A stretch of DNA of 64,000 bases from Malacoraja senta (Eukaryota): positions 79,112,001 to 79,176,000 of the forward strand of contig CM075980.1 of assembly GCA_038087875.1 (NCBI GenBank), written 5' to 3'. Shown in pieces: positions 1 to 14,090 of this stretch. The notes under the pieces are model-generated. The model was not told where the DNA came from and ran no database searches. It saw only the letters and a list, made by a program, of their open reading frames with translations. A program made the position numbers and the translations under genes. Within the stretch, counting starts at the first letter, position 1; every line of letters starts with the position of its first letter.

Positions 1-2361
1 ATTGTACAGAAAATATGTTTTAGTAACTTGATAAATACATTGAAAAAATCATAATTTTAAATTAGAATTCAAAATGCAATCAACAACAGGGGTCTTAATT
101 GATTCCATTTGTTTGAAGCTGTTTTGCTAGCATCAGAACAATCTTCCAACCGCTTTGATTAAATTCAACACCGTTAGATTCCCTAACACTGTCAATGCTG
201 CCAAACCATTGTTATATCACACACATTTTGAGTTTGGATGCCAAAAAAACAGTTTCATAGCTGCTCTAATATCATAGAATTAAACCTTAATGCCTTAGGG
301 GTGTCAATACGGGAAGTTAATGAGACAGTACAACTAGTGCCAACTACCCAATCATAAGGACAATTATCATATTGCTGTACTGCCTGAAGATAAGTCACTG
401 GTTTTATCGGGGAAATTAATGGTATAATCATCTACTATCACTGGTGACAATACCATAAGAAGCTCTCCTTAAACAAAGTGAATTTGAAATACCTAGAACC
501 ACTCCGTTGTAAGACGTTCAGATTATTTATTTCCCTTATGTTGAGTTAAAATCAATGAAAACATTTGAGTCAGCCATGTCGGAGTGCAGTTACATAACAT
601 TAAGTACCTGAATCACACCCACTGCAATGAAAGAATGAAATACAGATTTTTATTCAACTGCTTGCAGGTTTCCATTTGTTTGCATAATACTGTGGAAAAT
701 GCCAGCTCTCTCTTCTGTAAGATGTTCAAGTTGAGGCTCAATTCTATTCGACTATCACACAGTTGGTCGAATAAAAATCTGCATTGTACAAATTTAAGAC
801 TTATTTTCTTTTCCTACTACATAGTAATTGATATCTGGTCATTCATTATATATATATATTGCCTGATGAATACATATCACATCAGGGAACGCCTCATTTT
901 AGTTCTGATTTTAGGATAACAATGAGATCAAGGAAACCATGATGCTTTTACTTGCCACCACCTCTAATGCCCTCTTCTACTAAAAAAAATCAAAATGCGT
1001 TGGTAACCTTCTGGGATAAATCTTTTTTTTTAAATCTTCTATTGCAACAAGCTTCTAAGGATGGATGTAAAAGTTGTTTTAATGAGCACTGGGACATTCA
1101 ATTATCCATGTGTTTTATTTGTCACAAAAACCCTTGACTACGAAAATATGTTAAACAATGTCCCATTAAGGAATGCATCAGATCTGCGGAAAAAAACTCA
1201 CAATCTTTGGTCTTTTATCTGATAAATCAATCTTCTTTCTTTATCCTCCAGATGTAAGCAGACATGATACAGTTCAGCCTAGCTAAAATATATATAAAAC
1301 TGCCTGTGTAGTTAGCCCACAGGAACGTGGGGATGGCTTATTGCATCTATTACAACTAACTACAGGCTCCAACTGAGGTCTTGATTTGTCTCTGCTGGGC
1401 TGTACTGGCAATTGGAAAAGAAATACAATAGCTGTATCCTTAAGCACCATTATTCTCTTTGTAGGTAGAATGATGAGATAGATTTGCATGTAGTATTTTG
1501 TTTGGGGTTGACTGTGTGATCAATAGGAACACATTCACTGCTGCAAGACTAAAGAATACTTCAAGCTGCGAAGCTGGCTGATTGATGATAAAACAACAGA
1601 TTAAAGGAACAAATAGGAAATCAAACTAAGGATAGTAACTGAGAGGCTAACGAGGATAACACAACTAAAATATAGGAAAATCGAATTAATAGCAAATGCA
1701 AAAAAAAATCTAAAATAAAATCAAAGCAGGATATGTATAATGTAATCAAGAAAAATGGAGAATATAACAGCAAGGGAACAATAGAAACAACTAGCAAATC
1801 CATTAACTGAATATAGTCTGACTATATTATGAATTTCAGCATTTCATTCGGTACCATTGGCATTCAGTATTTATTCTTAGTCTCAATGATATTGTAGCAA
1901 GTTATTTTTTTATTTTTAAAGATTTGATAAATATTGCAATTGAAACTAATGCCACCTTGATGCTATCACAATTCAGAGAAAGTATTGTGTTAGTTTCCTC
2001 AAAATTATTGGCCCTATACTTCATTGGTATAAATATTTTAAGCTCGTGGTGCAAGGTTTTATTTAACAGTTATGTGTTTATTTTCAGGCAGTTGAGAAGA
2101 ATGTGTGTTATTTGCTAAGAGTGTTTATATCTCTTAAGGATTAGTGGAATCAAAGAAAGTAAAAGTAAAACAAGGACTGTTTTATAACTTATAACTCCAG
2201 AAAATAGCATCTGAATGTGAGTTTATCAAGAAAGTCTGGAATCACTTTTATCATATATTGTGTGGCGTGATCATGGATAAATATCAAAAAAGTAACATTA
2301 AAAAGCACAATAAAATTATAAAGGTATAAATGAAAACATGTCATAATAAGGGCCAGAACTG

Positions 2362-2476
2362 CTCCCTTATCCCTAACCAGTATGAAGAAGGGTCTCAACC
2401 CGAAATACCACCAATTCCTTCTCTCCAGAGATGCTGCCTGTCCCGCTGAGTTACTCCAGCTTTTTGTGTCTATCTT
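2362..2476 (+). mobile_element. Penelope-like terminal fragment, degenerate hammerhead core
   Basis: ATGAAGA-agggtctcaaccc-GAAATACC followed by the family tail agagatgctgcctgtcccgctgagttactccagc. Confidence 0.7.
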
Positions 2477-4221
2477 CTCTCTAAGGATCCACTAGTTTTA
2501 CAATTTATACCTGACGTGTAAACATCAATGGTCACATATCGTGCTATCATCTGGATAAAAGCTAAACAATCCATACAAAATGGACAGCTATATGGGTAGT
2601 TAGGTATTTATTTTTACAGCATGGCTCTATGGCTAAATATGCACAAGTTTTGGGCAAAGTCAGCTGAAAGGAGTCAAAGCATGTCTTGTGTTTGTTGATG
2701 GTAAAGCACAATGTGTCATTCATTGGTGAGAAATGCAGGTAACAAACAATCTGACTAACCCAGGACCCTGTGGCAGGTGAACAAATGAAGTAACAGAACC
2801 CTTCAGAGTCTACAGTGTGAATAGGGCAAATGCAGAATATAATTAAAATCGATGTGAGATTTTTTTTTTAATGTTTTTTTTTAAATGGACATGTTGTCTG
2901 AAAATCCAGTGGGAGAAAGAGCCAGGAGGAAGTGTAACAGGAAACTTTATCCTCTGACCACCTCGCCCATAAATTCCCTGCATGATCGCAGCTACATCAT
3001 GCAAAGAGCAAAATCATGTCTATCGGCTGAACAGCGAATATTTCGAATAAATATTCCAATCCCACTGCTGAACCGTCTTTGTTCTAGCAGGAACTGAACG
3101 TGGCGAGCTAATGTTAATAATCCGCACATCAGGATTGTAGAGCGAACACACAGCACTGTCTGCCTACCGGCAACACTTGTGAAAGAAAGCCCATCCCAGC
3201 ACTGAGTTACAATAGAGGCCCGCACAGGTAAATAAATGGCTGGGTTAATGATAGCCAGTGTCGACAGAACATACCGCGGAGAAACCAGGCGTACGAAGAT
3301 AACACACGATATCAGGATAACTCATACACCGAATATTCTCACAACCGTGATACCAACACAGATGAGCGCCTCTATGTTGAGTTGAACATTTACGCGGACG
3401 ATCCCCCCCAAATAAAAACTCACGCCAATTTCTGACACATTGCCGATGTATCTTCACAATTGTTTATATGCTCCCTCTGATGCATTAAGGAAATTCCAGC
3501 ACGTTAAACACTATATATTTTTTAAAACCCTGATACTTGCACTAACAAATGCGGAGACCCGAAGTACAACACTATTGTGGAAGTGTTCGCTCGCAGAGGT
3601 GCGCACTTCCCTTGCATAGTCCAGATGTGGCAGACAGCGAAAGGGCAGCACGCTGACTAAATTAATAATTTTTTTCCATAAAATCTTTATAATATCCCCG
3701 GCTGAAATAAAATCCAATTACTTTGCAACCGTAAGTACCACGGAGACCTGAACGATTGGATTAGAATATGCGAAAGGAAAACATTTAACTATTTAATTTT
3801 AAGTTTTCACAGTTTTTAAAAGGAGTCTCAAACGAGAGGATGAGCGCGCGCATGTTAATAATAGTCGTCAAGTTACCCTCAAGGTGTTTCATGTTCAGTT
3901 AAACTCGGTGATACAAAACAAAACCTGTATTGTTTTCAATTATATTTCACATTGAAAATTCAACATTTAGGATTTAGTTCGGTGTCGGCCGAGTGCTAGT
4001 AGGTAAAGTGTAATTATTTAACGATGAAATGAATGGGACGTGTGAGTATTAAGTAGGAAATTGACCTTTTCGAACAATGCGAAGAAGCGCACACGAAGTA
4101 TTGTGAAATCGTAAATGATTCACAAATAGCAATCAAGTTTACTAATAAAGTTGCATTCCAGATTAGTTTATTGTTATCCCTTATGTGTATAAATATCTCT
4201 TTATTTTGTTTTCGCAGCTTT

Positions 4222-4252
<31 letters not shown>

Positions 4253-5800
4253 AAAACACACAAACACACACCACACAAGCAGCCGGCTAAATCCAATAGA
4301 TTGAGCTGAGAATCGCTACATGTCCGCGCACTTGCCCGAAAGTTCCGCGGGTCCTCGCAGTTCGCATAGAAGAACTGCCAGTGCACTCCTTCAGGTAAGC
4401 TGTTACGATGAGCCAGTTAAAACGGAATTGTAAACGTCTTCGCGAAGGATTCAGGAAAGTACAATCGGAACGAACTCTCTTACTTTCCACCCTACCTATT
4501 CGTTCGGGGTTGAACATCACCCCCCTCCCCCCCCCCCTCCAAAATATATTTTCGCCTTCCAGCTTTTGACAGGAGCCGATTTCAATTAATTTGACGCGAA
4601 ATAGCACATTTAAAAAAACTGCAAGAAGTTGGCGCGAGACACCGAGTTGCCTAAGAATCCCATTTCAATACTCTTATAAAAAGCACGAGTTGTTTTAAAA
4701 CGGGTTGTGACCGGGGGGGGGGGGGGGGGGTAAACTTAATTTTAGTAATAGCGTTTATTGTATATTTGCATTGAACCCCAGACTAAATGTGATAAGATTT
4801 ATGCGGACTCAAGGTTTTTGATTATTTTTCTTCAATGTGTAACCGGGGTGCCTTCAAACACGACAAATGTATGTGTCTATCATTGTAACTTTTAATTCTG
4901 CATCGGATCGCATACAAATAATAGTGGCTTTATATATTATTTTCTCCCTGGCATTTTCCCGATGCACTTTTAACCAGGGATGGCGTTCCAAGCCCTCCAT
5001 TTGCACAAATCCATCTCTCAGTAGTACAGGGACTTGAAAGAAATCCGCCACTCTTCAGCACGGCCACCGATGCCCCCCCCCCCCCCCCCCTGTAATAAAT
5101 TAAGCGTCATTTATAAATAAATTTATATCTCTGTATTCAGTCCCTTGATCAAGGACACGCAAGGTTTCAGAAAGATTTCCAGTTAAATTGCAGATTAATG
5201 TTACGTTCTAGAAGTGTTAATTGGACTACTGAACCGGTTCGCAAGCATTTTTCAAGAAAGGAAAAAAATCGCCCCATCGGGTTCGTAATTATGTTTTTAT
5301 TATAAGGCTATCAAGGAAAAACAATTGCCGGCAGTTTCGTGTGCTCGATTGTTTCGGGAGAGTTATATATCAATTCTCCTAATACGCAGAGTAAGGATGT
5401 ATCAAAAGACAGGTCTTAAAAGGCGATTAAAGGTTTGAAGGCTGGTGTCACACTCCACGATGGTGGGAGTTCAGAGCTGATTACACTCGGACAATCATAT
5501 CAAACAGCATCTTCCCCCATTCATCAAAGAGCTGAAATGACACAACTAGGTGTGCACAACAAACCATTAAAACACTGACATGTATTACAAGTTATAAACT
5601 TGGCCGCTATATCTTACCCCTTCCAACTGAACTTTTGTTATTTCTTCCTTTTTTTTAGGGTGTGGGGGGGGGGGGGGTAAAAATAATAAATAAACCATTG
5701 AACATAGCTGCAGTTACAAAATGAGAGAGGAAAATAAGGCTCATAAGTGGTTAGACACACTTCCAGCGCGCCCTTGTTTAAAAAAATACATATATATATA

Positions 5801-5839
<39 letters not shown>

Positions 5840-5884
5840 CGGTGAAGTAGATAAGAGTAGGTTTGGCAGTCTAAAGATTGACAC

Positions 5885-6350
5885 TTTCCACTTCCTGACA
5901 GGGTTGTCCTCCGCCTGAACTTTCACCTCCCGAACCCAGCCGCCTTCATTGGCCAGAGAGTGTGTACCGAGCCGAGCCGAGCCGAGCGGAGCGCGGTGCA
6001 GCGCCGAGCGGAGCCGCTTCCTTCGCCCAGCTCGCCTGTTAAAAGAAACATACACATACAGACACACGCACTTTCACTTTTTTTTAAAAACCCAGACACA
6101 ATCACTTTGACAGGGGCCGGGCTCAGAATAACACCGTCGGAGGAAGGGGGGTGGGGGGGGGGGGTTATTTGGTTTCTCTTTAATTGTTGGTGTGGAGCCC
6201 ACCTTTGCAGCGGTGCGCCCTAAAGTGTCTGAGATCAGATGCCGGAGCAGCTTTTTTTCCCCCTTAAAGCTCTCCTGCATGTTGTTTACACAGCAGGTGG
6301 ATATGACGTCAGGGGGCAGCTCGCAGCAAAAAATAACAACATCCAATCCG
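5885..6350 (+). promoter_or_regulatory. Proximal promoter motif cluster (ETS, CCAAT, forkhead, E-box, CRE)
   Basis: CACTTCCTG 5889-5897, ATTGG 5948-5952, TGTTTAC 6283-6289, CAGGTG 6294-6299, perfect CRE TGACGTCA 6304-6311, CCAAT 6343-6347. Confidence 0.5.
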
Positions 6351-6366
6351 CGATTTGTATTCTCTC

Positions 6367-6414
<48 letters not shown>

Positions 6415-6538
6415 ACCCACCCCCCCCCCTTCCACCTCCACCCCCACCTCCCCAAGACTCATTAAGTTCTCTAGAATAGTCAATAATGAAGAGTGGGGTA
6501 ACGCGCGGCGGCTGCAGAGAGAAGGGATCCCATCAAGT
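6350..6538 (+). other. Candidate first exon (5' UTR) ending at a GTGAGT donor
   Basis: Lies just downstream of the CRE/CCAAT cluster and begins with a (CT)n tract. Consensus donor GTGAGT at 6539-6544; ATG at 6486. The start coordinate is a guess. Confidence 0.35.
6361..6412. repeat. (CT)n microsatellite
   Basis: Directly visible dinucleotide run. Confidence 0.95.
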
Positions 6539-6652
6539 GTGAGTTCAATCCGGCTGCTGAGTATCACCAGGGAGATTTGTGTGTCTGTGCTCCACAACAT
6601 AGTGCCCGAGCGGAGTAATATATTGTTATTTATTGTGTGCTTGTTGCATGCT

Positions 6653-6852
6653 NNNNNNNNNNNNNNNNNNNNNNNNNNNNNNNNNNNNNNNNNNNNNNNN
6701 NNNNNNNNNNNNNNNNNNNNNNNNNNNNNNNNNNNNNNNNNNNNNNNNNNNNNNNNNNNNNNNNNNNNNNNNNNNNNNNNNNNNNNNNNNNNNNNNNNNN
6801 NNNNNNNNNNNNNNNNNNNNNNNNNNNNNNNNNNNNNNNNNNNNNNNNNNNN
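6653..6852. other. Assembly gap (200 N)
   Basis: Run of exactly 200 N. Confidence 0.99.
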
Positions 6853-9800
6853 GATCCTCTACAAGTCACCCTCACACCTCCTTCCCTTCCCTCGCACGGG
6901 GCTGTCAGACTGGAGAGGCCGCCTCAGGACGCCTCAAGCTACTTGACGTCGGGGCAAGGAGCGCCTCACAACAAACAACAAGACAATACCTCCGTTTCTC
7001 TCTTTTAAAAAAAAACTCCACCACTAATAAACATATCTGCATTGTCTTAAATGCGGGATTTGTGAAAATTAAAAACATTTTTGATTTTTATTCTCGCTCC
7101 CTTCTTTAACGGGAGGGCGGCGCGGCGAGAGTTTCTGACTGAGAAAGCTGTCCGCTGGACTTCGCCGAGACGCGGGGGTTTTAGGCGACTGTCCGCACGG
7201 ACAATGAGTTGTTTGTGTTTGCCCGCGGAGTTTAAAAAACTGGTAAATGCAGATTAAGCGCCTCATTAATTGTGTTAGTGATTTTACAAAAATGTAGGCT
7301 GGCTTCCCTCACCCCCCGTTCGCGATACTCCCTCAACCTCGGGTTGTTGTTGTTTGTTAACTTTGGGCATCTCCTGAGTGGGGTGGGGTGGGGTGGCATT
7401 GAGAGTGAAAGGTCTGTTTAATGTTTAGCGAAAGAGGGACACACACACACACACAATGTGGAATTCAGCCCCTGCCCGCTTCATCTTGGATTACCAAATG
7501 TCTGAGAAAAATCGCAGTAAAAGTAAACAGGCGAGCAAGAAGCGAACCTTGACAACCCAGAAGCATCGAAGCATTTGCAGATCAAACAAATGCCTGCGCC
7601 GGGGCCGTTGTCCAGGGTTGTCCCGCTTCTCTGAAACCTTTCAACCGTGAGCCCCTTCCATACACATGCAACTACACAATAGCTAAACTAAATGATGCAG
7701 GAGACAATGTGACCCTATCCCCACTCTACTCCCAAAAACACAGTCACTTCGCACCGTCCACTGTCCAAAAGCACGTTATTATTTTTTGGCATTTGGACCC
7801 AACCGTGAGGCATTTTGCACCCAAAAGATATATCTTTGTCGTCCACTCTTGAGCCAATAAAGATAATTATTAATTAAAACATTTTTGTTTGTCATACATA
7901 TGGACACACAGGCATACAATCAAATGTGTATATAGATTTCTATGGACAGTATTTGAAGAATTTCATGGTTCCATTTCGATACATATGACAATTAACCACT
8001 CTTGACTCTGTTCTGGCAATAGTGGCTGTTACACACACTGGAATTTCCCCCAGTTTCCAGTTAGGGGCTTTGAGTCCAACAGTCGATGGGGATTTGTGTG
8101 AGACAGTGCAGTAGAAGTGGAAGTTTGTGACCTCTTTGCCAAAGTATGGTTGAATTAAGAATAAACAGTACTTGAACTGAAACAAAATACAGTAGAATAT
8201 ATTGCATAAATTAGACAGGACTACAGCCAAAATTGTAATCCTCAGATGTAATAGGTATTCATTGCAGCTTGCAACACATTGGGGCACATTGGGATTTGGC
8301 ACACTTCTGGATGTAATAGGACTTTGGGGGAACTTTAAACGTCAGTACATTTCATTTTATAGTAAGGGATATTGTCACCAGCTAAGTTTAAAGCTTCGGT
8401 TAAAAAAAACCCACAGTGGAATAAAGAAATATACAGATCTAAGTATCAATATTGATATCTGCAGACATAGATTTTCCTAAATATTTATTTGAAATAATTG
8501 CAGAGACAGCACATCTCAATAAATCTCAATTCTATATATTTAAACCAAACCCATGGAAATATATCGAACTGTAATTTATTTAAGTATATACAGTTTGTTG
8601 AATGTGATGTTACAGAGAGTGTAAACATTTAAAATAAAATAAAATAATTTCCCATTTAGAGTCATTGCTCCAGTTGTCTCCATGTCTACTTGCTACATTG
8701 TATCATTCTAACTGATACCGTTAGTTAAAATAGTTTGATTTATAGAACTGGATAACAGGTATGGTAATTTATAAAGCTGACTGATTTTTTTTAAAGGGTG
8801 CCTGTAAAACATTGCTGTATTTAGGTGCACCCTGATCTTTCATGCAAATGTCTGAAAAATATTCAATGGTGCTCTTTCAAAGGTTATTTCACTTCTATAA
8901 AATTGAATGACAATAAAAAAGAATGCCCTGTTTTCAGGCAGGTTTTGTGTGTGAACTCCCATCCGTACCAGTGCCTTCCTTCCTTGCGGTAGTTGAGACA
9001 TTTGCTTTGCACTGTTTTGGCTGTTGGTTTGAAACGCAACTTTATGTGATATTTGGAAATAGCATCTGTGTGGTCCAAATAAGTCCTTTTTAGGATGATG
9101 CAAATAGTTCAAGCATTTCTCAACTAAAGAAAGCTATCTGGATAGAAGTTTTGCAATCAAGGGGAGGAGATATAACATTTAAATCCTATAGATTGTACAT
9201 TGGTTGAGATTTGGACATTTTTTGCTTTATCTGAGATGTTTCCTCTCAACTTGCATTAATGCTAACCATTTGTTGTGAGGAAATAAATTATAGAGCATTA
9301 TTATTTTTTAGTTTAATTGTAAAAAGTATTGACTACATTTTAACATTATTTTGGGTATGGTTGGTTACTTGTATGAACGATAGTAGGAGCAATGTGGAAT
9401 TTAGGAAAATGCTCACATTTAATTATTACATATTAGAACTTTTTCATTTGACATAGTTTAATAATGATTATAAGAATATCAATATATTAATATTTAACGT
9501 GCACATTTTGAATATAGATTACATTACTGGGTGAACATTAACAGCTATTTTCCATAAATGGCAAATAGTCAGCATTACAGTAGATTCATACCTGTACATA
9601 AATTCACAAAATTGCTGGACAAGCAGTCCATAGCAGAAAAATGTAATTGGCTCATAATGAATAAAGTTGGCATTAGGTATTGGAGAATTAATGATTTTTA
9701 AGTATAGTACATTAGCAGAGTGCTGACAGACCTAATTACACATAAAGTAAGATCAAGATATATGGTTTTGTACCTACAGTTCAATATACTTCCCAAAAGC

Positions 9801-12800
9801 AAACCAAATTCTCCAGAGGATCTTTGTATAATGGGATAGCATCATTGGCCTTTGTTCACTAGCAATTACGTTATGAATAGGTGTTAAGTTATTTCTAAAT
9901 GTTGATAGTGCTGGTATAATTTTATTCTCGATTCATAACTATCTGAAATAGCTTTTTCAAAAGTTTAATTGTTTGATGGTGAATTATTTCCTATATATTT
10001 TGGCACTAAAATATCCTTTTTGTGTACCATACAGGGTGTTTAGATGCAGTTGTGAAAATAAATCATTGCTCAATTTGGACTGAGAGAAAGGGTTAATGAT
10101 GCATGACATCTGCCTGGCAACAGCACATTCTTTGAAAACTAACAAGCTTAAATAACTTATAAGAGCATTCCAATTAAAGTGTCATTTGATCACAATTTTT
10201 CTGTGTAATAGTTGTTTTCTGATATCCGATAGCAGTTGTCAAATGATAAGGTGCGTTTTTATTCTTGAGGTCATCGTAACCCTATGACTGACTGATTAAT
10301 TTATTTGGGTTTCCCTAATGTATCAGAAAGTTAGTTGCAGTATATATCCACTAATCTATTACTTTTCATTAACAAATTTATTTTGCACCGTGAGTTCCTG
10401 CAGCTGTTGTAAATTCACATGTATTCATCGAAACGCAATGTGGAAAAATCTATAGTGAAGGTAGACGAAAGATGGTTTCTTTTTATATTTGATTGAGGTG
10501 TTGCACAAATTTACTTTAATAGTGAGCTAAATCTTCTTGAGGGTTTTAATAAAAATTCTATTATTACAATTAAATATTTAAAATTGTGATTAAAATCTAA
10601 TTCAACACTGTAAGTTTGAACATAAGTATTTGTAAACACCGTATTTATTACCCAAGTCTTTGCAATAATCAGTTTATGGTAATGTACTACAGCCTTTTAA
10701 AAATACATGAATAGAGAGCAATAACATATTAATGTGGTTGTCATTATCTGTAATTGACAATTGGCCTTAAAATGCAATGTAAACAGTGAGCATCTTTGCT
10801 GCATCAATTAAAATTTAAAACGAGAACGAATTTCAATTGTATTCATTTCCCTAAGAGGTTCCATAATTTTGTACAGACTGTTGATAAAGCACACGAACAG
10901 CTGTATGGAGATCCAGCGTTAAGGAGCTCTGGAACTTTGTCAAAATCTTACCGTTTTAAGGATGGTTCATTGAAGTAGGTCCAAAATTTTAACACTTTGT
11001 TCCTCTGAATGTATTAGAACCGTTATAATAGGTTGGCAAAATTAAAGGGTTTCTTACTTTTTTACAAAGCACAATGCCTAATATGAAGAAAAAATATAAC
11101 CTCTTTAAATTTATAGCTTATTAAATGTATTAATTATTCTTCAAACATGTGAAATTGATGTCCAGTTACACTCGTGTGAAGAGAGTGGAATTGATATGAC
11201 TGTGAGGATATAAACGACATGGAAATGAAGTTAATTATTTATTAATTAATAATAGCGATGTTACATTGCCAAAGCACCAGGAGAAAGTACAATTTAAACA
11301 GTTTGCACTGATCCTAGATTGCTGGAATGCCTTCACAATAAAGTTTGAAATATATCTGTGAAAAATCCTGCAATTAGACTATCTGCCAACAGCGCCTACT
11401 CTCTCCATCAACTTAAGACATGGCAGTCGGAATAGTAGATAGCACCACTGAATTCACAATGAAACTATGATTTTTGATACTGAAAATACACTTGCCTTTT
11501 ACAGATAGTTAGTTATTCTGTGGAGTCAAAAATAGTCTCTTTTATTGGTGGAACTCAAAGTAGTGAACATTGATGGTTAAATTATCTGTGTCATTACTGT
11601 ACCAGCAAGCTGGTCACGGCTATGCTGTTGCTTTTCAACTATCGGTGGTCTCGGTCGGACACATCAGTGACAATTTTTAGCCTTGTCATTAGAAAGAGAT
11701 ATATTTGTTTCTAGTTTCAATCCGCATTTTTGCGATACTTTAAAGTAAATAATAATCGACTTTGTTGTTAACTAAACATGCACACATGACTGTTGCAAAC
11801 ACAGCTGCTTAATTGGAATTTTTTGAAGCATTGCATTTTGTCAATGTTATTATTAATTAGGAGAAATTACCTGTATTTAGTAAAAACATATTCTTACCCT
11901 TCTTCAAAAGAACTTGAGTAACATTTACTTTTGAATCAAAATAGAATATTTAGGTAGTGAAACTAAAGAACTCATAATGAATCTTTACTTTTATGCATAG
12001 AAACAGGTCACATACATGCATTACACATTTTTGTGGATATGAAAATGCTTTATTACACTTGTTCTACATTTGCATCACTTTGCAGTAGATATTGTTGTAA
12101 ATTGGTGAAGACATGCATTACTACTTAAGCACAATCCTTTATTATTTTACATTGCTATATCATAAGCAACAACTAAATTGCTTAATGATTGGCACCTGAA
12201 TTTAAAATGGATATATGCCCGGAAAGGATGCTGCAAGCTTGTAATTTGAAGAATGCTTTTTACTTGTAACAATTGTTTAGTGGCAAGCAAAATTTAACTG
12301 TTAGTAATATGGAACAAATGGATATGGTTACTCTTAACAATGCATTTAGCTATTTTAAAGCTCATTTAACACCAGTGAATTATTTTTAGTTCAAGGATTT
12401 AGGACACAGGACATAGAACAGTGCAGCATAGGAACAGCCCTTTGGCCCATGATGTCTGCGCTGAACACGATGCCAAATTGAAATAAACTCTCATACAGTT
12501 GTCATGGTAAATTACTTCCCCTGAAAAAGCATTGTGATGAATTGTGTTGTAACTAATTTTATTGATCTTGGTTGTCAAAAAATACTTAATACATAAAACA
12601 TTTTTTTGTGGTGAAGATTAAGGCTTTCAGATTGAAATTCAGATTGGCACAATGGTTTTGCTATGAATCTTCCAAGGGGCTCTTAAAAAATGTAGGAGAG
12701 AACTGGAGTGGTTTGATTTCCTTTCAGAGATATCCTAATAACTCTTCTGGGAACTATTAATTTAGACTATTCTGCATCTTGAGAACATTTGAACAGGCTT

Positions 12801-12884
12801 CCTAATTTGTTCTGAGGCAGACTCCACTCATCTACTCTCATGGACACTAATGACCCGTGGTCACATAGTTTGACATTGGTTTAT

Positions 12885-12975
12885 GTAGACAAAAGTGCTG
12901 GAGAAACTCAGCGGGTGCAGCAGCATCTATGGAGCAAAGGAAATAGGCAACGTTTCGGGCCGAAACCCTTATTCA
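12885..12975 (-). mobile_element. Penelope-like terminal fragment, degenerate hammerhead core
   Basis: Minus strand reads tgaataagggtttcggcccGAAACGTTgcc plus the family tail. Confidence 0.7.
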
Positions 12976-13071
12976 TGGTTTAGAAGGTCTCTGCATAGCA
13001 CTTGGGACGTAGCAGATTTTTAATCCCCATATGTGTAAATAATTGCTTTTTATTAGATCTTACTAATCATT

Positions 13072-13338
13072 TAAGACTGAGGTGAGAAAAACCTTTTTCA
13101 CCCAGAGAGTTGTGAATTTGCGGAATTCCCTGCCACAGAGGGCAGTGGAGGCCAAATCACTGGATGGATTTAAGAGAGAGTTAGATAGAGCTCTAGGGGC
13201 TAGTGGAATCAAGGGATATGGGGAGAAGGAAGGCACGGGTTATTGATTGGGGATGATCAGCCATGATCACAATGGATGGCGGTGCTGGCTCGAAGGGCCG
13301 AATGGTCTCCTCCTGCACCTATTTTCTATGTTTCTATG
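13072..13338 (+). mobile_element. CR1-clade (HER1-like) LINE 3' end
   Basis: Encodes ..FFTQRVVNLRNSLPQRAVEA..; tail (TTCTATG)n. Confidence 0.9.
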
Positions 13339-13804
13339 TAGCAAAATTGAATGTGCATGTTCTTTATAAAAAATAATCTCCATTCTAAAACACAAATTCA
13401 GTTTCCGCCATGGCAAGCAAACTTTCTTTCCAAGTTTACGCTTCTTTCTTAATTTGCTTGGGTATGGCTTTAATGACAATAATAGCCCGCTGTTTGTCAC
13501 TGACATCGTGGAAGCTTTGACTGCATATTGGCAGTATCTTCCATTGCGAAGGGAGGGAAAAATCCAAGCTCAATCAATTCTTTCACCTCCACTTTCAAAT
13601 AAAAGTGGGCCTTTGCAACAAGACCCATTCTCAGCAGTGCTGTTGGTGACAGGTTTCTTCCCTCACTAATCCAGAGGCACTGAGTCCAATTGTCACATTT
13701 CATTGATACTCCTGATGAGGTAAATTAATAAAGCTCAGATTGAAGGCTTGTGTCCTTACTATCTGCAAGACTTGGTTACTTACTGTTGCGATACAATGCG
13801 CAAA

Positions 13805-14090
13805 TAAGCCCATCGGCCCACCAAGTCCGTGCTGACCAGTGATCCCTGCACATTAACACTATCCTACACACACTAGGGACAATTTACATTTATACCAAGC
13901 CAATTAACCTACAAACCTGTAGGTCTTTGGAGTGCGGGGAAAAAATCGAAGATCTCGGAGAAAACCCACACGGTCACGGGGAGAACGTACAAACTCCGTA
14001 CAGACAAGCAACCGTAGTCGGGATTGAACTCGGGTCTCTGGCACTGTAAGTGCTGTATGGCAGCAACTCTACCGCTGTGCCACCGTGCCG
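13805..14090 (-). mobile_element. tRNA-derived V-SINE (HE1-like)
   Basis: tRNA-like head, central conserved domain (gtttgtacgttctccccgtgacc...ctccaaagac), CR1-like tail. Confidence 0.85.

Larger units (their letters stand above)
2960..7700. promoter_or_regulatory. CpG-rich island / promoter region of a large gene
   Basis: CpG dinucleotides are dense here against a CpG-poor background. The region has poly-G/poly-C tracts (4713-4730, 5073-5090, 5664-5677), (CA)n and (GA/CT)n tracts, and no recognisable interspersed repeats. Confidence 0.75.

Noticed and set aside
6239-7109. Long ORFs of 123-235 aa
   Set aside because: They run through the N gap and (CT)n tracts and are artefacts.
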